Shown here in pieces: positions 60,312-64,000 of a stretch of 64,000 nucleotides of DNA (position 1 is the stretch's first letter; every line of letters starts with the position of its first letter). Source of the DNA: Flavobacteriaceae bacterium (GTDB taxonomy: Bacteria > Bacteroidota > Bacteroidia > Flavobacteriales > Flavobacteriaceae); NCBI GenBank assembly GCA_049890035.1, contig JBMHCG010000033.1:13536-77535 (forward strand), read 5' to 3'. The translations under genes and the position numbers were made by a program. A model generated the notes under the pieces. The model worked only from the letters and a program-made list of their open reading frames with translations. It was not told the origin of the DNA and made no database searches.

Positions 60312-60701
60312 ATGAGAGTATACAGTGTATTATTCATTCTGGTTTCGTTCACGGTCTTGGGGCAAGCTACCTCTGAGCCTTCTTTGGTACACACCACCGT
60401 TTCGGATTTCCCTTTTCATGCTCCCTTGAATAATGAGTTCAAGGATGCAGCTGAGGAAATGATGGTAAAAAAATGGTCCCAGCAAATCCTGGCAATTATT
60501 ATAGCAGACGAGGCTACACTGACTCAAAACAACCCTAAAGAAATATTTGTGTTTCAAATTAGAAATCGAGCAATGGGTAAACGTGTCCGAATTCCCATAG
60601 GAATCAAGATGAATAGGATTCGAAAGATTAAACTGGGAGATGTTGCTGCACGAGAACAATTTATTGAAGACACGGAAGGTTGGATACGTCGGTTTATTTG
60701 A
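60312..60701 (+). CDS. Small secreted hypothetical protein
   Basis: ATG at 60312 gives the signal peptide MRVYSVLFILVSFTVLGQ; 129 aa. A long ORF lies fully antisense to it, so the coding status is uncertain. Confidence 0.35.
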   Translation: MRVYSVLFILVSFTVLGQATSEPSLVHTTVSDFPFHAPLNNEFKDAAEEMMVKKWSQQILAIIIADEATLTQNNPKEIFVFQIRNRAMGKRVRIPIGIKMNRIRKIKLGDVAAREQFIEDTEGWIRRFI

Positions 60702-60709
60702 TCCACAAT

Positions 60710-60907
60710 TTATTTGTTGGGCGAAAGCTTCGTTCTTTTTCTCAAAAATTCCACATAAATGACAGTCCATGGACGATAATGCCGGGTATAGCCTTTTGTT
60801 GCTTTATAATTGTGCGAATAAAAACGTTGTATCAAGTTGGAAGTATAGCCAATATAGATTTTATTAAATGTTTGGCTGCGAAGTATGTAGACAACAAACT
60901 CAGACAT
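60710..60907 (-). CDS. GIY-YIG nuclease-domain protein, short and probably C-terminally degenerate
   Basis: ATG at 60907 gives MSEFVVYILRSQTFNKIYIGYTSNLIQRFYSHN...RPWTVIYVEF, i.e. the GIY...YIG motifs. Only 65 aa, and it ends abruptly after the core. Confidence 0.65.
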   Translation of the reverse strand: MSEFVVYILRSQTFNKIYIGYTSNLIQRFYSHNYKATKGYTRHYRPWTVIYVEFLRKRTKLSPNK

Positions 60908-60912
60908 GGGGC

Positions 60913-60939
60913 AAAAAAATCCCACCAATTGGGTGGGAT
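60913..60939 (-). terminator. Terminator hairpin directly downstream (tRNA strand) of tRNA-tail copy 1
   Basis: 8-bp stem ATCCCACC / GGTGGGAT (60919-60926 / 60932-60939) with a 5-nt loop, followed on the minus strand by T7. The GIY-YIG ATG lies 5 nt after the T-run. Confidence 0.55.
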
Positions 60940-60943
60940 CTTT

Positions 60944-61127
60944 GTAGCGAGGGCAGGATTCATTTTCTCGCTTTGCTCTAAAATGGGCCTTAGGGGTCAG
61001 AACAAATCAAATAGATAAACTGCTACGCAGGGCCTTTTCTTTTCTTCCATTATTTTGATGCAAGCATCACAAATGGCTTTAAAAAAGAAAAGCACCCGAT
61101 TGGGTGCTTTATCTATATGCTTTGTAG
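60944..61127. repeat. 184-bp direct repeat, copy 1 (opens with a 15-nt copy of the tRNA-fMet 3' end)
   Basis: Aligned base by base with 62365-62548. Same length, 2 mismatches (61014 and 61031). Contains the hairpin AGCACCC-GATT-GGGTGCT at 61091-61108. Confidence 0.95.
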
Positions 61128-61319
61128 ATAACTCATTAGAAATATCGAACATAAGTCTAACTCCAAGAGATTTAATTGATACTCATAGTTTGATGATTCT
61201 AATTATGAAGAGTTGAGTTAATATGATTTTGATTTCCCCTATAATTCAAAGTTGCAAATTCAATGATCATAATCTAAACTTTTTTAGATAATTAAGGTCT
61301 AAATAATTAAATAACTAAA

Positions 61320-62183
61320 ATGAAAACTATTTTAAAGTTATCCATCATTATTCTCTTGTTTTCATGTAACAAAAATGAAGCCTCACAAGAGCAGGTTAAA
61401 AATGATTGTATTGGAGAATATACTTCAGAAGAAATACAAGAGACTATTGTATCGGCTTTTTTTGGACTTGATAATGCACTACCAAGTCTATTATTGTGTA
61501 ATCAACAAGCAGGACTGATAGATGGTATGCCAGTTAATTTTAAATTCCCACTAGATGCATCCAGTTTATCAGAAACTGATTTTGAAGTTTTAGATAGTCT
61601 AGGAAATATACATACCCCAATATGTGTTTCTATGGCTCCAGCAAATGAAAACGGAGAAAATCGAACTGTGCTTCTGTTAGGTGAATTTGGTACCGCTGTT
61701 ACTAACCCACCTGTTGAAGTTAGAGTTGTAGGGGATTTATTTACAATTGATACATTTTCTGGAGAGTCAGTTTGTTCGGAAATCATAAACCTAAACGGAA
61801 TCACTACTACGAATGTTATTCCGCTTGCTGATGGACCAAGTTTATTCTTTGCACAAAGAATTAATGGTAATCTGAATGAATGTAATTCAGGTATACAAAC
61901 GATTCAAGTTGCTTGGAATGGTGGCGTTACACCGTATAATAGTAGTGATACCGAATCTGACTTATTTCAGTACTATGTTGGCTATTCTTACTGTTCTGGA
62001 GTTTTAATACAACATGAGCCTATTTCAATAGCAGATATAAATGACAATGATAACTTTCACCAACTATGTTTTTCTACAAGTGATGAAATTGTTAAAATTT
62101 CAATGATGTCTAACGCGGTTGAAGACCCAAACCACGACCCAAGTTTATACAGCGAAATTGACGTTAGTTCTTGCATTCCTTAG
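61320..62183 (+). CDS. Lipoprotein, unknown function (cargo of the repeat-bracketed segment)
   Basis: 287 aa with the lipobox IILLFSCN. Cys-containing, Asn/Ser/Thr-rich. No family recognised. Confidence 0.55.
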   Translation: MKTILKLSIIILLFSCNKNEASQEQVKNDCIGEYTSEEIQETIVSAFFGLDNALPSLLLCNQQAGLIDGMPVNFKFPLDASSLSETDFEVLDSLGNIHTPICVSMAPANENGENRTVLLLGEFGTAVTNPPVEVRVVGDLFTIDTFSGESVCSEIINLNGITTTNVIPLADGPSLFFAQRINGNLNECNSGIQTIQVAWNGGVTPYNSSDTESDLFQYYVGYSYCSGVLIQHEPISIADINDNDNFHQLCFSTSDEIVKISMMSNAVEDPNHDPSLYSEIDVSSCIP

Positions 62184-62330
62184 AGACATTCAATGATGAT
62201 AATACACCAAATAGTCTTTCAATGTTTATGGTTTAGACCCAAATGACTGATTTTATCGAACCTCAAATTTGAACCCTATATTTAGGTTAATCCATTCATT
62301 TACAGGAGGTAAAGATGATTCCAATAGAAA

Positions 62331-62356
62331 ACGGACTAGTAAAAATACTAGTCCGT
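62331..62356 (-). terminator. Perfect 10-bp hairpin downstream (tRNA strand) of tRNA-tail copy 2
   Basis: ACGGACTAGT-AAAAAT-ACTAGTCCGT. On the minus strand it is followed by TTTCTATT. Confidence 0.5.
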
Positions 62357-62364
62357 CTTGTGTA

Positions 62365-62545
62365 GTAGCGAGGGCAGGATTCATTTTCTCGCTTTGCTCT
62401 AAAATGGGCCTTAGGGGTCAGAACAAATCAAATACATAAACTGCTACGCAGCGCCTTTTCTTTTCTTCCATTATTTTGATGCAAGCATCACAAATGGCTT
62501 TAAAAAAGAAAAGCACCCGATTGGGTGCTTTATCTATATGCTTTG

Positions 62546-62548
<3 letters not shown>
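62365..62548. repeat. 184-bp direct repeat, copy 2 (its last 3 nt, 62546-62548, overlap the genuine tRNA 3' end)
   Basis: See copy 1. The offset between the two copies is 1421 bp. Confidence 0.95.
62499..62529 (-). terminator. Rho-independent terminator of tRNA-fMet (inside repeat copy 2; duplicated at 61078-61108)
   Basis: 7-bp stem AGCACCC / GGGTGCT (62512-62518 / 62523-62529) with a 4-nt loop. On the minus strand it is followed by TTTTCTTTTTT. Confidence 0.7.
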
Positions 62549-62618
<70 letters not shown>

Positions 62619-62659
62619 ATTTGAATAGCAAATATAACTACAAAAATCACGCCAAACAA

Positions 62660-63583
62660 ATGATTCCGAAAGAAGTCCCTTATCTTTACCCCGTGGATCA
62701 ACCCAAACACAAAGCAGGTTTTATTTCTATCATTGGCAATCCCAACGTGGGTAAATCGACCCTTATCAATGCGTTGATGGGTTTGGATTTGTCAATCATT
62801 ACCCACAAAGCCCAAACCACACGCCATCGTATTTTGGGCCTCGTCAATGGAGATCACTATCAGTTGGTCTTATCTGATACACCAGGGATTATCAAACCGG
62901 CGTATGAAATGCAAACAGCCATGATGGATTTTGTCAAAGAATCTCTCGAAGATGCTGATGTATTATTGTATGTCGCAGCCATAGGGGAAACCAAAATCAA
63001 AGACCCGAAATTGTTTGAACGTATTACCAAAACCCCAATACCTCTTTTGGTTTTACTCAATAAAATGGATTTGAGTCACCAGGAAGAATTGGAAACGGCC
63101 GTGGCCCATTGGCAAGACATGCTGCCCCAAGCCAAAGTCTATCCCATCTCTGCTCTGACAAAGTTTTACGTCCCCGAATTACTAGAAAAACTGATTGACC
63201 TTGTTCCTGAAAGCCCAGCCTACTTCCCCAAAGACCAAATGACAGACAAACCGGAACGTTTTTTTGTGAATGAAGCCATTCGCGAAGCCATTCTAAATAC
63301 CTATTCGAAAGAAATCCCCTATGCGGTAGAGGTGATCACTGAGAGCTTTGTGGAAGAAGACAGTATCATTCGTATCCGTTCCGTAATTTTAGTAGAACGC
63401 CAAACCCAAAAGGGAATCCTTATCGGTCACAAAGGCAAAAAATTAAAAGAGGTAGGTTCCAGTGCCCGTCAGTCTTTGGAACGTTTTTTTGGAAAAAAAA
63501 TCTATGTTGAGCTTTTTGTCAAAGTAGCCAAAAATTGGCGGTCCAATCAACAGCAATTAAAGCGGTTCGGTTATCATAACTAA
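62660..63583 (+). CDS. era: GTPase Era
   Basis: G1 GNPNVGKST, G3 DTPG, G4 NKMD and a C-terminal KH domain. The track ORF start at 62576 lies inside the tRNA. ATG at 62660 (or in-frame GTG at 62693) is more plausible. Confidence 0.9.
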   Translation: MIPKEVPYLYPVDQPKHKAGFISIIGNPNVGKSTLINALMGLDLSIITHKAQTTRHRILGLVNGDHYQLVLSDTPGIIKPAYEMQTAMMDFVKESLEDADVLLYVAAIGETKIKDPKLFERITKTPIPLLVLLNKMDLSHQEELETAVAHWQDMLPQAKVYPISALTKFYVPELLEKLIDLVPESPAYFPKDQMTDKPERFFVNEAIREAILNTYSKEIPYAVEVITESFVEEDSIIRIRSVILVERQTQKGILIGHKGKKLKEVGSSARQSLERFFGKKIYVELFVKVAKNWRSNQQQLKRFGYHN

Positions 63584-63640
63584 ATCAGTACTGAGTAGAG
63601 TCACTGGGAAAGCTTACTTTTGCACCAATCAAGAACTTAC

Positions 63641-64000
63641 ATGAGTAATATAGTAGCCATAGTCGGTCGTCCGAATGTTGGGAAGTCCACTTTTTTTAAT
63701 CGGATGATTCAAAAACGTGAAGCCATAGTAGATGCCGTTAGTGGGGTGACAAGAGACCGACACTATGGCAAGTCTGATTGGAACGGTTCAGAATTTACTT
63801 TGATCGACACAGGTGGCTATGTCGAAGGCAGCGACGATATCTTCCAGCAAGAAATAGATCGGCAAGTAAACCTTGCCATTGAAGAAGCCGATGCCATCCT
63901 GTTTATGGTTGATGTTGAAACAGGGATCACAGCCATGGACGAAGCCGTGGCACAGCTGTTGCGCAAAACTTCCAAACCAGTATTTATTATTGCCAATAAA
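63641..64000 (+). CDS. der: Ribosome-associated GTPase Der/EngA (5' partial, runs off the window)
   Basis: Not in the ORF track because there is no stop codon. My translation from ATG 63641 gives [22 protein letters not shown]...LIDTGGY...IIANK, the first Der GTPase domain. Confidence 0.9.
   Translation, partial: MSNIVAIVGRPNVGKSTFFNRMIQKREAIVDAVSGVTRDRHYGKSDWNGSEFTLIDTGGYVEGSDDIFQQEIDRQVNLAIEEADAILFMVDVETGITAMDEAVAQLLRKTSKPVFIIANK

Larger units (their letters stand above)
61128..62364. mobile_element. 1237-bp segment bracketed by the 184-bp repeats; putative recombinase-less tRNA-linked islet
   Basis: Flanked by direct repeats that each begin with the tRNA 3' tail. Carries one lipoprotein ORF and AT-rich flanks, with no integrase or transposase ORF. 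Mobility is an inference only. Confidence 0.35.

Noticed and set aside
60330-60770. 146-aa minus-strand ORF antisense to the small secreted-protein ORF.
   Set aside because: Cys-rich with odd composition. Only its first ~20 codons make sense, as the frameshifted continuation of the GIY-YIG gene. Not called as a separate gene, but it makes 60312-60701 less certain.
60680-61018. 112-aa plus-strand ORF spanning the GIY-YIG gene (antisense) and the first 75 bp of repeat copy 1.
   Set aside because: It runs across a terminator hairpin and into the duplicated non-coding repeat, and it is antisense to a motif-supported gene. No coding signal.
61056-61069. TGATGC-AA-GCATCA inverted repeat inside the 184-bp repeat (also at 62477-62490). 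Considered as an operator or recombinase-binding site.
   Set aside because: Only 6-bp arms with a 2-bp spacer, which is expected by chance in AT-rich DNA. No second copy in the arrangement expected for an att arm site.

Overview
This is a dense, mostly core chromosomal segment that looks like a Flavobacteriia-type Bacteroidota genome. The pointers are the gldK-gldL-gldM-gldN gliding/T9SS core, mevalonate-pathway HMG-CoA reductase with a GYDIA-type GHMP kinase, purH-mreBCD-mrdA-rodA, a sigma54 activator-lptE-like-secG-groES-groEL block, topA, miaB, lpxB, surE, trxB and era/der. I call about 60 CDS, 1 tRNA (an initiator-type tRNA-Met) and a few intrinsic terminators. I saw no rRNA, CRISPR array, transposase or integrase. 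All protein calls come from motifs and synteny I recognise by eye; no search was run. Many track ORFs start at non-ATG codons or carry spurious N-terminal extensions, and I re-set those starts where the sequence allowed.

The only clearly rearranged or accessory locus is 60.25-62.62 kb, next to tRNA-fMet. It contains three copies of the tRNA 3' tail, each followed by its own terminator hairpin. It also has two 184-bp direct repeats (2 mismatches) bracketing a 1.24-kb cargo segment with one lipoprotein ORF and no recombinase, and a truncated GIY-YIG gene butted against one of the terminators. This is the best candidate for something undescribed, but I cannot assign a mechanism from sequence alone.

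Other points worth a second look:
- a SulP transporter split by a 1-nt deletion in a T5 run
- a translationally coupled FAD-linked oxidase and secreted VanX-like D,D-dipeptidase pair
- a divergent lipoprotein and large outer-membrane protein pair
- a convergent pair of possibly paralogous lipoproteins
- an HMA-MauE fusion with a non-ATG start
- many convergent gene pairs with overlapping stop codons
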